Assembly (NCBI GenBank): GCA_023245415.1
Contig: JAHFKJ010000003.1
Location: 7,196 to 71,195, forward strand
Length of the DNA stretch: 64,000 bases
DNA from: Candidatus Gottesmanbacteria bacterium
GTDB lineage: Bacteria; Patescibacteriota; Microgenomatia; UBA10105
Reading direction: 5' to 3'
The position numbers and the translations under genes are program-made. Below, one piece after another: positions 28,984-40,000 of this stretch; the stretch's first letter is position 1; every line of letters begins with the position of its first letter. The notes beneath the pieces are model-generated. The model was not told the DNA's origin. It saw only the letters and a program-made list of their open reading frames with translations, and made no database searches.

Positions 28984-29066
28984 GAAGTAACTTATTAATG
29001 TTATTGAAAACGGCCAGCCCTTGACGAAAGTAGATTACTGAACTATAAATAATTAATAGAGCAAAA

Positions 29067-29483
29067 ATGAAACGCGGTTTTACATTAATTGAACTTTTGG
29101 TTGTTATTGGCATTATCGGTATTTTGGCCGCAGTCGTACTAGTCGCAGTCAATCCTGGTCGGCAGTTTGCTTCAGCTCGAGATACCCAGCGTCGTTCCGA
29201 CTTATATTCGATTACCAATGCAGTTTACCAGTATGCAGCAGAACACAATGGAATAATTCCCACAGATATTACCTCTATACCGACACAAATGGGAACTGGA
29301 GCAGGCTTAGTTGACTTATCACAGGAACTGGTACCCACGTATATTGCGGCAATTCCCAAAGATCCTTCTACAGGTACCGATGTCAATGCTCGTTATACAA
29401 TCTATAAAGACGCAAATGGGCGGTTAATTGCTACTGCCTCGAGTGAATTAAATCCCGCAACCCCAATTTCAATCACCCGCTGA
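29067..29483 (+). CDS. Type IV pilin, paralogue of 27116-27550
   Basis: RG|FTLIELLVVIGIIGILA; TTGACG promoter near 29021. Confidence 0.93.
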   Translation: MKRGFTLIELLVVIGIIGILAAVVLVAVNPGRQFASARDTQRRSDLYSITNAVYQYAAEHNGIIPTDITSIPTQMGTGAGLVDLSQELVPTYIAAIPKDPSTGTDVNARYTIYKDANGRLIATASSELNPATPISITR

Positions 29484-29532
29484 TACTCCTAAATCTAGCG
29501 ACGACTCCTACAGTGTTATAATGTAGCCAATT

Positions 29533-30114
29533 ATGATTGGCGCACTTTCCGGAAAAGTTTTGGTGATTAAAACTGACTACATTGTTTTGATGGTTAATGG
29601 TGTGGGGTACAAAGTGTTTATGCCCGCAAATGATCTTTCGCGTATTCAAAGAGATGATCTATTGCTGCTTTTTACATATACGCATGTACGAGAAGATATT
29701 TTAGGTCTTTTCGGATTTATGAAACAGGAAGAATTAGGTTTGTTTGAGTTATTGCTAAGTGTTTCAGGAATTGGTCCAAAAACTGCTCTCAATATCACAA
29801 GTCATGGCGCAAGTCAAGTTCGTCAGGCAGTACATGAAGCAGACGTACGCTTTTTTACTTCAATACCAAGACTTGGGAATAAAAATGCCCAAAAGATTAT
29901 AATCGAACTAAAGTCAAAAATAGGCAGCAGTAAAGATCTTGATTTAACGGGTGACGAACAACTCAAACAACAGGAAATTATTGAGGTTCTCATTTCAATG
30001 GGGTTTACAAATGCCGAAGCGATAAGAGCGGTTAAAGAACTGCCGTCTCATATAATTACGCTTGAAGCAAAAATTAAATTTGCGATCCAGTTTTTAGGAA
30101 ATAGTCATGTATGA
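29533..30114 (+). CDS. ruvA: Holliday junction branch migration protein RuvA
   Basis: [23 protein letters not shown]. Confidence 0.96.
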   Translation: MIGALSGKVLVIKTDYIVLMVNGVGYKVFMPANDLSRIQRDDLLLLFTYTHVREDILGLFGFMKQEELGLFELLLSVSGIGPKTALNITSHGASQVRQAVHEADVRFFTSIPRLGNKNAQKIIIELKSKIGSSKDLDLTGDEQLKQQEIIEVLISMGFTNAEAIRAVKELPSHIITLEAKIKFAIQFLGNSHV

Positions 30115-31157
30115 GCATCACAGCAATAAAAAATCACAATAAAAGTCCTGGGTCGCAAAAGCTTCAGGATGAAGAGCAGCTGTTTACGAATTTGCGGGCA
30201 AGAGCGTGGAATGAATTTACTGGACAAAATAAAATTAAAGAATCTTTACAAATTTCGATCGCCGCAGCTAAAAAACGCCAAGAAGCGCTGGAACATATTT
30301 TACTATATGGCCCCCCCGGCCTGGGTAAAACTACATTAGCCCATCTAATTGCTCAAGAAATGGGTGTGAATATCCGCGTGACTTCCGGCCCTGCCATTGA
30401 ACGGGCTGGTGATTTAGCCGCAATTCTTACTAATCTCCAGGAAAAAGATTGTTTATTTATTGATGAAATTCACCGTCTCCAAAAAACTGTAGAAGAAACA
30501 TTGTATCCGGCGATGGAAGATTACTGTTTGGATATCGTCATCGGAAAAGGTCCTTCAGCGCGAACTGTCCGCTTAGATTTACCGCATTTTACGATCATAG
30601 GAGCCACTACCCGGATTGGTCTTTTGTCGTCGCCGATGCGGGATCGGTTTGGTGTAATTCACCGCCTTAACCATTATGAGATTGCGGACTTGTCCATTAT
30701 CATCGCTCAAGCCGCACTTAGACTAAACATTCCGATTGATGAAATATCCATAAAAGAATTAGCCCAAAGAGCTCGGGGGACACCGCGGATTGCACTTAAA
30801 CTTCTGAAGCGCGTACGCGATATGGCTCAGGTTAAAGGGAGTGGGGAAATTACGCCTGATCTAGTGCATACGACGTTTGAATTGCTGGAAGTTGACCCGC
30901 TCGGGTTAGACGAAATTGATCGCAAATTATTGCTTTCAATTATTGAAAAACATGCCGGCGGTCCGGTGGGAATTGAAACTTTGGCAGCCACTATTTCGGA
31001 AGATGTAGGTACCGTTGAAGATGTCTTAGAGCCATTTTTACTCCAGACTGGATTGTTAAAACGGACTCCGCGGGGAAGAATGGTGACAAAACGCGGATAC
31101 GCTCATGTAGGTAAATCAATACCCTCTCATCTCCTCCAGGATGTACTATTTAATTAG
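30111..31157 (+). CDS. ruvB: Holliday junction helicase RuvB
   Basis: [35 protein letters not shown]. Confidence 0.98.
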   Translation: MSITAIKNHNKSPGSQKLQDEEQLFTNLRARAWNEFTGQNKIKESLQISIAAAKKRQEALEHILLYGPPGLGKTTLAHLIAQEMGVNIRVTSGPAIERAGDLAAILTNLQEKDCLFIDEIHRLQKTVEETLYPAMEDYCLDIVIGKGPSARTVRLDLPHFTIIGATTRIGLLSSPMRDRFGVIHRLNHYEIADLSIIIAQAALRLNIPIDEISIKELAQRARGTPRIALKLLKRVRDMAQVKGSGEITPDLVHTTFELLEVDPLGLDEIDRKLLLSIIEKHAGGPVGIETLAATISEDVGTVEDVLEPFLLQTGLLKRTPRGRMVTKRGYAHVGKSIPSHLLQDVLFN

Positions 31158-31227
31158 TCATGCTCCTCAATCAAATTTACCATCAATACTACTTGATCAG
31201 AAGTATTTATATCTCTAAACTGGATTT

Positions 31228-32589
31228 ATGACTTCATCCGCCGATGTATTAAGTCAGAAATCTTTAGTTGTAATTTTGGCTTATGCACCCACAGGTTTAG
31301 GACATCTGCGGGTTACTGATGCATTGTTTCATGGTTTACCCTCAACAGTGACTCCGCTGCTTCTTGGGTCACAGGATAGATCGATTGGATTACTACATCG
31401 GATCACGAGTATTCACCCGCTTGGAAGATCACTGATGGAGTGGACGCAACGAGGTATGGTGGAGACAGTTTTTACTTCCATTTACCGGCGTTTATTAAAT
31501 ACCCGCGCCGACATTTTATATAGTCAGCTCTCAACTATACTAGATCAGCGGATTACGGTGGCAAAAAAAGTATTAGTAGTTTCGACGCATTTTGGACTGG
31601 CTTATGAATTGTCGAGGATTAAAAAAAATCTGGAAAAAGAGAAAGACATTCAGATAATTTTAGTGGTTGTGGTGACAGATGATTCTCCTCAACAGCTCTG
31701 GTATGTTCCTGAGACTGATCTGACGTTTGTGCCAAGTGCCAAAACGAAAGAACGGTTACATGATTTAGGCCGGCGTCATAACTTACCGGATATTCCCATC
31801 AAAGTTGTTCCCTATCCAATTAGTCCCAGATTAACTGAAATGGGGAGGACGAATCGTTTAACTGAAAGAAAATCCCAGGTAGATATCAGTCATCATTCAC
31901 AAATTCATATCTGCATTCCGATATCGGGAGCTGCAGTCGGTTTAACCTTTTTTATCTCATTTATTCATGAGCTCCATCACCTGTCAGATCGTATTCGATT
32001 TCACATAATTATAAAAAATGTCCCTTATACTCAACAATTTATAAATACGTTGTTAACTCTGCCATATGTTTTAGTGCATTCGTCAACCCATGATCGTGAA
32101 CTGGTTGATATTTATGAATCTGTATACCACCAGTATCCGATAACATTTGAGATAACTAAGCCTAGCGAACAGGCGTTTAAAGCTTTGCTTGACCCTCTAC
32201 AAATTGGCGGAGCAATTCTTTTATTCGCGCTTCCCGTCGGAAGACAGGAGTATGATAATTTGGCATTTTTACGCCGACATAAGTTGATTCCGACTCACTA
32301 TCAAGAACAATGGTTATTTCAAAAATATTTAAAAAAATTAGATTTCACTACCCACGAAAAACAGTCGGTATTGGCACAAACCCATTACTGGCGCGGATTG
32401 ACGCTGCCTGTTGACTCAATACAAGCAGCAGGTTTTGTCGTTTGGTGTTTAAATCAAGGAATATATGCCCGTATGTTAGAGTTTAAAAGGCAGACAAACC
32501 AAACTGACTCGCACATCGATGAAATAAGTCCGGAAGGAGTAAAAATATTCTGGCAAAAGATTTCCGAATATATAAGGCAGGTAATTTAA
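31228..32589 (+). CDS. Putative GT-B glycosyltransferase (diacylglycerol glycosyltransferase-like)
   Basis: G.GH motif (PTGLGH), VSTH, VVTD, ITKP, P.G.QE..N. Confidence 0.6.
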   Translation: MTSSADVLSQKSLVVILAYAPTGLGHLRVTDALFHGLPSTVTPLLLGSQDRSIGLLHRITSIHPLGRSLMEWTQRGMVETVFTSIYRRLLNTRADILYSQLSTILDQRITVAKKVLVVSTHFGLAYELSRIKKNLEKEKDIQIILVVVVTDDSPQQLWYVPETDLTFVPSAKTKERLHDLGRRHNLPDIPIKVVPYPISPRLTEMGRTNRLTERKSQVDISHHSQIHICIPISGAAVGLTFFISFIHELHHLSDRIRFHIIIKNVPYTQQFINTLLTLPYVLVHSSTHDRELVDIYESVYHQYPITFEITKPSEQAFKALLDPLQIGGAILLFALPVGRQEYDNLAFLRRHKLIPTHYQEQWLFQKYLKKLDFTTHEKQSVLAQTHYWRGLTLPVDSIQAAGFVVWCLNQGIYARMLEFKRQTNQTDSHIDEISPEGVKIFWQKISEYIRQVI

Positions 32590-32863
32590 GAGTATTATCT
32601 TAGGCACGATCAATACGGATAGCTCATTACAGAAGTATTTGTTCCTTCGAGTTACGTGATTGCAGATCTTGCCAGCATACCAGTGATATTTGTGCCGATA
32701 GCAGCCGGTTTTTCTATTAATTGATTACAATTGTATGTTCTGTTAAATACATTTACTCCAACTCTATTCCTAGCTGAAATAGATACTTTTATCTTCTGTT
32801 AGAAATGGGTATCAGCAACCTGATATATTTATATGATAGAATAAATTTGCAAAGGATTAATTT

Positions 32864-33982
32864 ATGCAGCAGGGTGAAAAACCAGAAAAAATTATAGTTG
32901 TTGAAAAGGTGGAAAAAGATGAAAAACCCGAAAAACCGCCGGAGAAATACAAGCCGGCGAAAATCGATTTGCAGGTAGATAAAGAAGCGCTCAAAAAAAT
33001 CAAGCTTGTTGTCGTAGCCTACTCTCATGTAGAACGAGAATGGTTCCCGACTCAGGATGCATATGAAGCCGAAGTAGAGGTAGAAGATAGGGCCAGCCAG
33101 GTTCTGGAACAGCTTAAAAGACTGGGGATAAATGCAAAAGGACATCCCGGCAACCAGTATTTTCTGACAAACCTTCTGGTAGACCAACCCAATATCGTCA
33201 TCAATCTTGTGGATACTTTAAAAGGAAAAGATCGATTGCAGACTTCGGTGCCCGCTGCTTTGGAGCTTTCTAACATTCCTTATACCGGGGCGGGTATGGA
33301 AGGGTTAGTGATTGGCAACAATCGCAACCTCACCAAACGCTTACTACTGGCTTACGATATTCCCACGCCTGCTTTTCAATATATTCGTCGTGCCGGAACT
33401 CAAGTACAAGAAGATTTAGGCCTACCGCTTATAGTCAAATTAAACGAAAGCGGGGGCAGTGTGGGAATTGATGAGCATGCAGTTAAAGAATCTGTCAAAG
33501 AAGCGCAAAAAAAGGTCGATGACATGATAAGTACCTACAAGATTCCGGTAATTGCGGAAAAGTTTATTGACGGGCCTGAGATTACAGTTATCGTTTTTGA
33601 TGATGGGCAAAAAAATCAGGTGATGATGGCCCAAAAAATTTTCCGGAAGAAGACCGACGGCAAATATTATTTTACCAGCTTCGCCTCCTACGATGATGAG
33701 AGATCATATAGATATAAATTTGTAGAAGACGAAATTCTGCGAAACAAAATCGAAAAACTGGCAATTAGAGCTTTTAATGGACTCAGTCACAAAGATTATG
33801 CGAAATTTGACATTCGGGTAGATTTCAGTACAAATACGCCATACTTTACAGACTCCAACCCCAATACCGCATTTGGACCTGACAAAGGTCTGCCTTTTAC
33901 AGAAGTGGCATTACTGCATGAATTAAGTTTTGACGATATACTGCTTAGTCTATTATCTAAGTATGCAAAAGAAATTAAATAA
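32864..33982 (+). CDS. ATP-grasp ligase, D-Ala-D-Ala ligase-like (divergent)
   Basis: IPYTGA, IPTP, PLIVK...GGS.GI, EKFIDG.E, YAKFDIR, D.NPN. Confidence 0.85.
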   Translation: MQQGEKPEKIIVVEKVEKDEKPEKPPEKYKPAKIDLQVDKEALKKIKLVVVAYSHVEREWFPTQDAYEAEVEVEDRASQVLEQLKRLGINAKGHPGNQYFLTNLLVDQPNIVINLVDTLKGKDRLQTSVPAALELSNIPYTGAGMEGLVIGNNRNLTKRLLLAYDIPTPAFQYIRRAGTQVQEDLGLPLIVKLNESGGSVGIDEHAVKESVKEAQKKVDDMISTYKIPVIAEKFIDGPEITVIVFDDGQKNQVMMAQKIFRKKTDGKYYFTSFASYDDERSYRYKFVEDEILRNKIEKLAIRAFNGLSHKDYAKFDIRVDFSTNTPYFTDSNPNTAFGPDKGLPFTEVALLHELSFDDILLSLLSKYAKEIK

Positions 33983-34556
33983 TATAGGTTTTTCCGAAAT
34001 GCCCCGGACAAAACAGAGAACAGACGCTCACTGCGGTCCCGCAGTATTAGAAATGTTATACGGTTATTTAGATACGCGGATTTCTCAGAATCAAATTGTA
34101 AAAGCAGCTCAGATAAAAACAAGGTTGAAACGCTATGGGATGAATATTTCTGAGATGGCAAAAGCTATCCATAAATTGACTCCAGGAATAATGTTTTGGT
34201 CTAAACAAAACGCAAATGAAAAGGATCTGGATCTACTCATCAATACACACAAAATTCCTGTGGGAGTAGAATGGCAGGGAATTTTTGGTAAATATGCAGA
34301 TAAAGATAACGGCCATTATGGTGTGATTACGTTTATCGATCTGAAGCAGAATTTAATTCAACTAGCAGATCCATTCAAAGCGTTCGTGGGAATTGATCGA
34401 ACATTTGCCCTCTCAGCCTTTATTGAGAGGTGGTGGGATAAAAATCATCTTTTCCATCCAGACGGCAAAATTACTTCAGTTCGTGACGAGCACATGATGT
34501 TTATTCTCACCAAAAAAACTAGTACATTTCCGCAATCGCTAAACATGCAACCCTGA
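33963..34556 (+). CDS. C39-like papain-fold cysteine peptidase
   Basis: Q.....CGPA, GHY, ADP (Cys-His-Asp triad pattern), F..RW; no signal peptide. Start codon uncertain. Confidence 0.8.
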   Translation: MQKKLNNIGFSEMPRTKQRTDAHCGPAVLEMLYGYLDTRISQNQIVKAAQIKTRLKRYGMNISEMAKAIHKLTPGIMFWSKQNANEKDLDLLINTHKIPVGVEWQGIFGKYADKDNGHYGVITFIDLKQNLIQLADPFKAFVGIDRTFALSAFIERWWDKNHLFHPDGKITSVRDEHMMFILTKKTSTFPQSLNMQP

Positions 34557-34558
34557 GT

Positions 34559-37006
34559 GTGAATAAATTCAGATTTCACAAAATTAAAATACTGCCTCTA
34601 AAACTGATTTTAGTAATATATCTGTTAATTTCTTTTACTGTCCTATTATGGTGGACAGATCCGCACTTTTTGCCTCAAGGTTCAATATCTATTTGGGATA
34701 GAAACGGAATTTTGCTGTTTGAATATGTAACGGACTTAGGCAAAAAACAGCCTATTTCTTTTGCAGATTTTCCACCTCATTTGATTCATGCAGTAGTCGC
34801 CAGTGAAGACGCCGGTTTTTGGACTAATCCGGGTGTTGATGCCGGAGCGATTGTCCGGGCAGTTATTCAGAACCTCGAGAAAGGGCAAATCGTGTCTGGA
34901 GCCAGTACGATTACTCAGCAACTTGTCCGTTCGACAACGATGCCAACCAAAAATTTATCTGCACAAAAAAATCCTATTAGAAAAGTGCGCGAAATTTTCA
35001 TGGCCCTGCGACTGAATATGCGTTTATCAAAGCAGGAAATTCTGACTGATTATTTAAATGAGATGTATTTTGGAAATTTGGCTTATGGAATTCAATCTGG
35101 TGCCCAATTTTATTTTAATAAAGATGCGAAACAACTTTCACTGGCCGAAAGCGCATTACTGATCGGACTTATACCCCAGCCCGATTCGCGAAATCCTCTA
35201 CGTTACGCAGAAAATGCGAAAATTGCGCAAAAAGAAGTACTCTCTCGTATGGTCAAACAAAGATATATCTCCGAGGATCAAGCGTTAGTAGCCCAAAATG
35301 AACCGTTGGCATATGCCAATTCATATCCGCAAATGAAAGCTCCCCATTTTGTCTCGTATATAAAAGATCAACTAGATGGGTTGGGAATTGATATTCGCCA
35401 GGGACTTAAAGTTTATACTACACTTGATTATCCAACTTTTACCCTTAGTGAAGAAATTGCCCGCTCATGGATTGATAAGCTTGCTCCTCTACACGATTTA
35501 TCCAATGCATCTTTAGTTCTGATCAAAAATGATACAGGAGAAATTCTTGATATGCTGGGTGGAACCAATTATTTTGCTGCTACGAGCTCCGGACAGGTGA
35601 ATATGGCGGTGAGTCCGCGCCAACCCGGTTCGACATTAAAACCAATAACGTATGCGGTAAGTTTTGCGCAGGGGTTTAACCCTGCGACTTTACTCTATGA
35701 TGTCAGAAAAACGTATCTCACTAAGAAGGGAGAAGGTTTTTCTCCCAATAATTATGATGGGAGATTTCATGGTCTAATTCTTGTTAGAGAAGCATTAGGA
35801 TCATCTTTGAACGTTCCGGCGATAGACATGTTGGATCGGATTGGTATAGAAAATTTTCTCAAAACTGCAGTTGAAATGGGAATAACGACTTTTGCTGATG
35901 AGTCTCGTTATGACCTGGCAATAACACTGGGCGGTGCAGAGACGAAACTTGTGGATTTAACAAATGTATATGCGACTTTTGCCAGAGGCGGCAGATACAT
36001 ACTTCCATATGCGATTTCAAAAATTACGAATGACCAGGGGAAACTAATATATCAGCATAAGGATGTGTCAGCCAAAGCAGTATTCGGCGAAAAAAGTCAG
36101 CAGATCGCATTTTTAATCACGGATATCTTAGCAGATCCAAAAGCCAGAATCTTGAGTTTCGGAGAAAAGAATCCATTGGTACTCTCCCGTCCGGCAGCAG
36201 CAAAAACAGGAACCACGACAGATTGGCATGATAATTGGACGTTTGGATACACACCTACATTTACGGTTGGAGTTTGGGTAGGCAACAATGATAATCACCC
36301 GATGCGCAGTATTACCGGTATAGTCGGCGCTGCCCCAATCTGGAATCAATTTTTTGAGGAGTTTTTGAAAGATAAACCACTGGAACAATTTACTAAGCCG
36401 GTCGGTATCAAAGAAGTCGAAATCTGTAAGTCAAGTGGACAATTGCCTGATGGATTATGTCCGGAAAAAATTAAAGAGTATTTTATTGATGGCACTCAAC
36501 CAAACAGTAAATCTACGTTGCATAAAATCGTTAATATAGACATCCGAAATAATTTATTAGCGGGAAACTGCAACAGTCCATATATTAAAGAAAAAATTTT
36601 CGTTGATTATCCTCCTCAAGTATATTCCTGGGCAGTGGCGGAACACCTGGAGACTATACCACAGCAGTTTTCACCACTTTGTGCTGGAGATTTAGGAACC
36701 AGTGACGGAGAATTTATAGAAGTCACCTCACCAATAAATCAAGCGGTATTTGAATCAGCGCCTAAATTGTTGCCTAAGCAGGCAGTGGTCTTTGAAGTCA
36801 AAGTTTCGGCCGATATTCATACTGTGTCGTGGTATGTCGATCAGTCGCTCTACCAAACTACAGTCAATTTCCCGTTTCAGGTTTCATGGAAACCAGTCGT
36901 TGGCAGTCATAGTCTCAAAGCTATTGGTCATACAGTTTCTGGCACAAGTACCTCATCGACTGAAGTGAAGTTCAGTGTCGTAGATTACAAAAGCATAATA
37001 GATTAA
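34559..37006 (+). CDS. pbpC: Class A penicillin-binding protein, PBP1C-like
   Basis: Transglycosylase motifs (ED, GASTITQQ, RK..E, YLN), STLK, SLN, KTGT and C-terminal Ig-like domain; directly upstream of alpha-2-macroglobulin. Confidence 0.85.
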   Translation: MNKFRFHKIKILPLKLILVIYLLISFTVLLWWTDPHFLPQGSISIWDRNGILLFEYVTDLGKKQPISFADFPPHLIHAVVASEDAGFWTNPGVDAGAIVRAVIQNLEKGQIVSGASTITQQLVRSTTMPTKNLSAQKNPIRKVREIFMALRLNMRLSKQEILTDYLNEMYFGNLAYGIQSGAQFYFNKDAKQLSLAESALLIGLIPQPDSRNPLRYAENAKIAQKEVLSRMVKQRYISEDQALVAQNEPLAYANSYPQMKAPHFVSYIKDQLDGLGIDIRQGLKVYTTLDYPTFTLSEEIARSWIDKLAPLHDLSNASLVLIKNDTGEILDMLGGTNYFAATSSGQVNMAVSPRQPGSTLKPITYAVSFAQGFNPATLLYDVRKTYLTKKGEGFSPNNYDGRFHGLILVREALGSSLNVPAIDMLDRIGIENFLKTAVEMGITTFADESRYDLAITLGGAETKLVDLTNVYATFARGGRYILPYAISKITNDQGKLIYQHKDVSAKAVFGEKSQQIAFLITDILADPKARILSFGEKNPLVLSRPAAAKTGTTTDWHDNWTFGYTPTFTVGVWVGNNDNHPMRSITGIVGAAPIWNQFFEEFLKDKPLEQFTKPVGIKEVEICKSSGQLPDGLCPEKIKEYFIDGTQPNSKSTLHKIVNIDIRNNLLAGNCNSPYIKEKIFVDYPPQVYSWAVAEHLETIPQQFSPLCAGDLGTSDGEFIEVTSPINQAVFESAPKLLPKQAVVFEVKVSADIHTVSWYVDQSLYQTTVNFPFQVSWKPVVGSHSLKAIGHTVSGTSTSSTEVKFSVVDYKSIID

Positions 37007-37038
37007 ACTATAATGAGTATTATTAGTGTTATCATAAC

Positions 37039-40000
37039 ATGAAAAAATTTATAATAAATTTTTTCCTAGAGTTGAGAAACAAATTGACTCGATATAGTAA
37101 TCCGCCTATCGATGGACAGTCTGGATTGGAGATTCAAAGGTCCTTTGATAAGGGAATAAATGACAAACCGAAACGACCTCTGAAAAAGAGTGAAAAATTT
37201 TTACTACTCGTGATTGCAATACTGTTAGGGCTTTGTTTATGGTTCATATTCGATAATAAATTTTATATATCTGCGTATTTCAAAATTTATGGAGTGATTA
37301 TACTTTTTATTTTTACATTCATCGCAGTTATTACAATTTATCTTTGGCAAAATCGGGTTTCTGAATTTAAAGGGATTAATATTTTTCTGAAATTTATTCG
37401 TTTAGTTTTTATCTTCCTAATTTTCTTCGGAAAGCAGTTAAGAATATGGCTAGTTAATTTTAAACAGTCGGATCGGACAAAAAGGTGGCAGATGATCAGA
37501 ATTCCAGTTTTTACCGTTGCTGTGGTCAGTATCATCATGAACATTTGGCCGTTATTTGTCCCCCCAAAAATTTCCACAAGTTTTCCCGGTAACACCAACA
37601 TGGAGGTTCCACTCGATACCAAAATTGAAATAATTTTTTCCAAAAAGATGTTGAAAGTATCGATTGAAAAGAATTTTCAAATCGAGCCGCCAATTGTTGG
37701 AACTATGGCCTGGGAAAGCGACCAAAAATTCATATTTACACCGCAAGATAAACTACAAAGAGCTAGTAATTATACTGTGAAATTTAAAGGATTACTCTTG
37801 TCAAATTTTTTAGTCCCTTTACGAGGAAACACAGAATTAAATTTCAAGACGATTGGAAATCCCAAGGTCATTCTTGCGTCACCACTTAATGAAGCTTTGG
37901 AAAATCTAACACCAATCACGGTAGTGTTTGATCGGCAAATGATCCCACTTACAACAGCAACTAATAGTGCCGTAAAGCAATCAGCTTTTACCATTTCACC
38001 ACCGGTGATTGGTGAAGGAAGATGGTTAGGCACAACTGCGTATCAATTTCGGCCCGTAGAAAATTTCAAGCTAGGAACGACATATAAAGTTACTATTCCT
38101 CAAGGGATGCGTTCACAAGATGAAGGCGTACTATCTGAAGATTATTCATGGGAGTTTTCCAGTAGTCGTCCTCGAGTTGAAGAAGTAACGCCAAAACAGG
38201 ATTACGATTATGCTTCAGTTACAGCTTCAGTATCAGCCCAATTTAATCAGGATTTAGACAACGAATCATTAAAAGATCATTTCACTTTATACGATGAAAA
38301 TTCCCATCCTGTGCCAGGTCAAATAAAAACAAATGGTCGCGTGTTTGGATTTTATGCGTTTGCACCATTGAAACGTGAAAGCCGTTATCAAGCGGTGATT
38401 AGTAGAGGGGTTAAAAATACTGAAGGGCCAAATGGTTTGGAAGACGATTATTCCTGGAATTTCAATGTGGCGGCTAAGCCACTTATTATAAAAACGACAC
38501 CAAAAAATGGCGACAAAGAAGTAAAAGGGGAACAAAACGTCGAAGTATTATTTAAAACTCCTATGGATGAAGAGTCTTTTAAAAATAATATTACAATTTC
38601 TCCCAAGCAGGATCATCCGATTTCTTACTACTTCTCAAGCTACAATGATCGTCACTCTCTCTCAATCAGTACATATTTGGGCAGATCCCAAAATTATACG
38701 ATTACCATTGGTGCAAACGTAACAGACCAGTATGGAGTGTCAATAGGTGTGCCGTATTCATTCTCTTTTGCTACAGCTGCATACGAACCATCTATCAGTA
38801 TTCATCCGCAAGGGACATATTTCGGTTCCTTCAGTGCCGGAATTGTTTCCAGAGTAGTAGTTCAGGTAATCAATGCTAATCGAGTTGATTATAAATTATA
38901 TAAGTTGAAAAACGATGACTTTCTTGATTTATATCGCCGTAGATATGAAAACCAATGTGGTCAACAGATAGGCTGCAGCAACTGGCAAAATTATAATCCT
39001 CAAAATTTAGAAACTGTTAATTCTTGGAGTGAGACGTTTAACGGTGATTTTAACGTACCGACGCAGGTAGTAACTAAAGTACTCACGCAACCAGGTGATA
39101 AAATCCCTCCCGGTTTTTATTATCTGGACGTTCGTATTTCTCAAGGACCCCATGACAATCTGGTGATGATCGTAAGTAAGTCCGCGTTAACCGTAAAAAA
39201 AAGCGACAAACAATTGTTTGTCTGGTCCGTTAACCAATCCACAGGTCAAGTTTTACCCAATATGGAGCTGAAGCTTACTGATAGTTCCGGTAAAGTATTA
39301 AGCTCAGGTGCTACTAACCCTGATGGAGTACTGATGCAGGATGTGAATTTGTTTAACCGGAACAACTTATTTGTTTTTGGTCAGAAAGGGGATGAAATGA
39401 CAGTAGCTTCAACTGCCTGGAGTGAAGGTATAAATTCCTATGATTTTGGTTTGCCGTCTTATTACGACTCCAATCAAAGACAAGATTATGAAATGCAGCA
39501 AAAATACAAATTGTTTATAACACTTGACCGATCAATTTATCGGCCTGGAGGTAAAGTTTACTTTAAAGGATTGATCAGAAAAGACACCGACGCTCTATAT
39601 GAAAAAGTACAGATGGGTGAAAAAGTAAAATTGTCTATTACCGATGCACGTAACAGGTCAGTTTACAGTGAGAGTTTAGCAATTAATTCTTTTGGCTCAT
39701 TTTCCGGAGATTTTAGTACAAGCCTTGATGCAAATTTAGGAAATTATCAAATTTCTACCTCGTATTCAGGATCCAGTTTTTCAACGCAATTTCAGGTAGA
39801 AGAATATCGTCGTCCGGAAGTTGCAGTCACGGTCACTCCGGAAAAAGAAGAATATGCGCAAAATGAGGTGCTTAACCTGACTATAAACGGTGCATACTAT
39901 TTTGGAGCCCCAGTTGCTGAGGCGCCGGTAAAATGGGTATTGCAGACTCAAGATGAAGCGTTTCGTTGGGACAAAGATTGGAGATATGAATTCGGAGACT

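Noticed and set aside
27116-29483. Silent-cassette pilin antigenic variation
   Set aside because: Both copies are full length with promoters, and synonymous divergence argues against frequent recombination.
32590-32863. Possible precursor peptide for the ATP-grasp ligase in the spacer
   Set aside because: Only short open stretches without a convincing start or repeated core motif were found.
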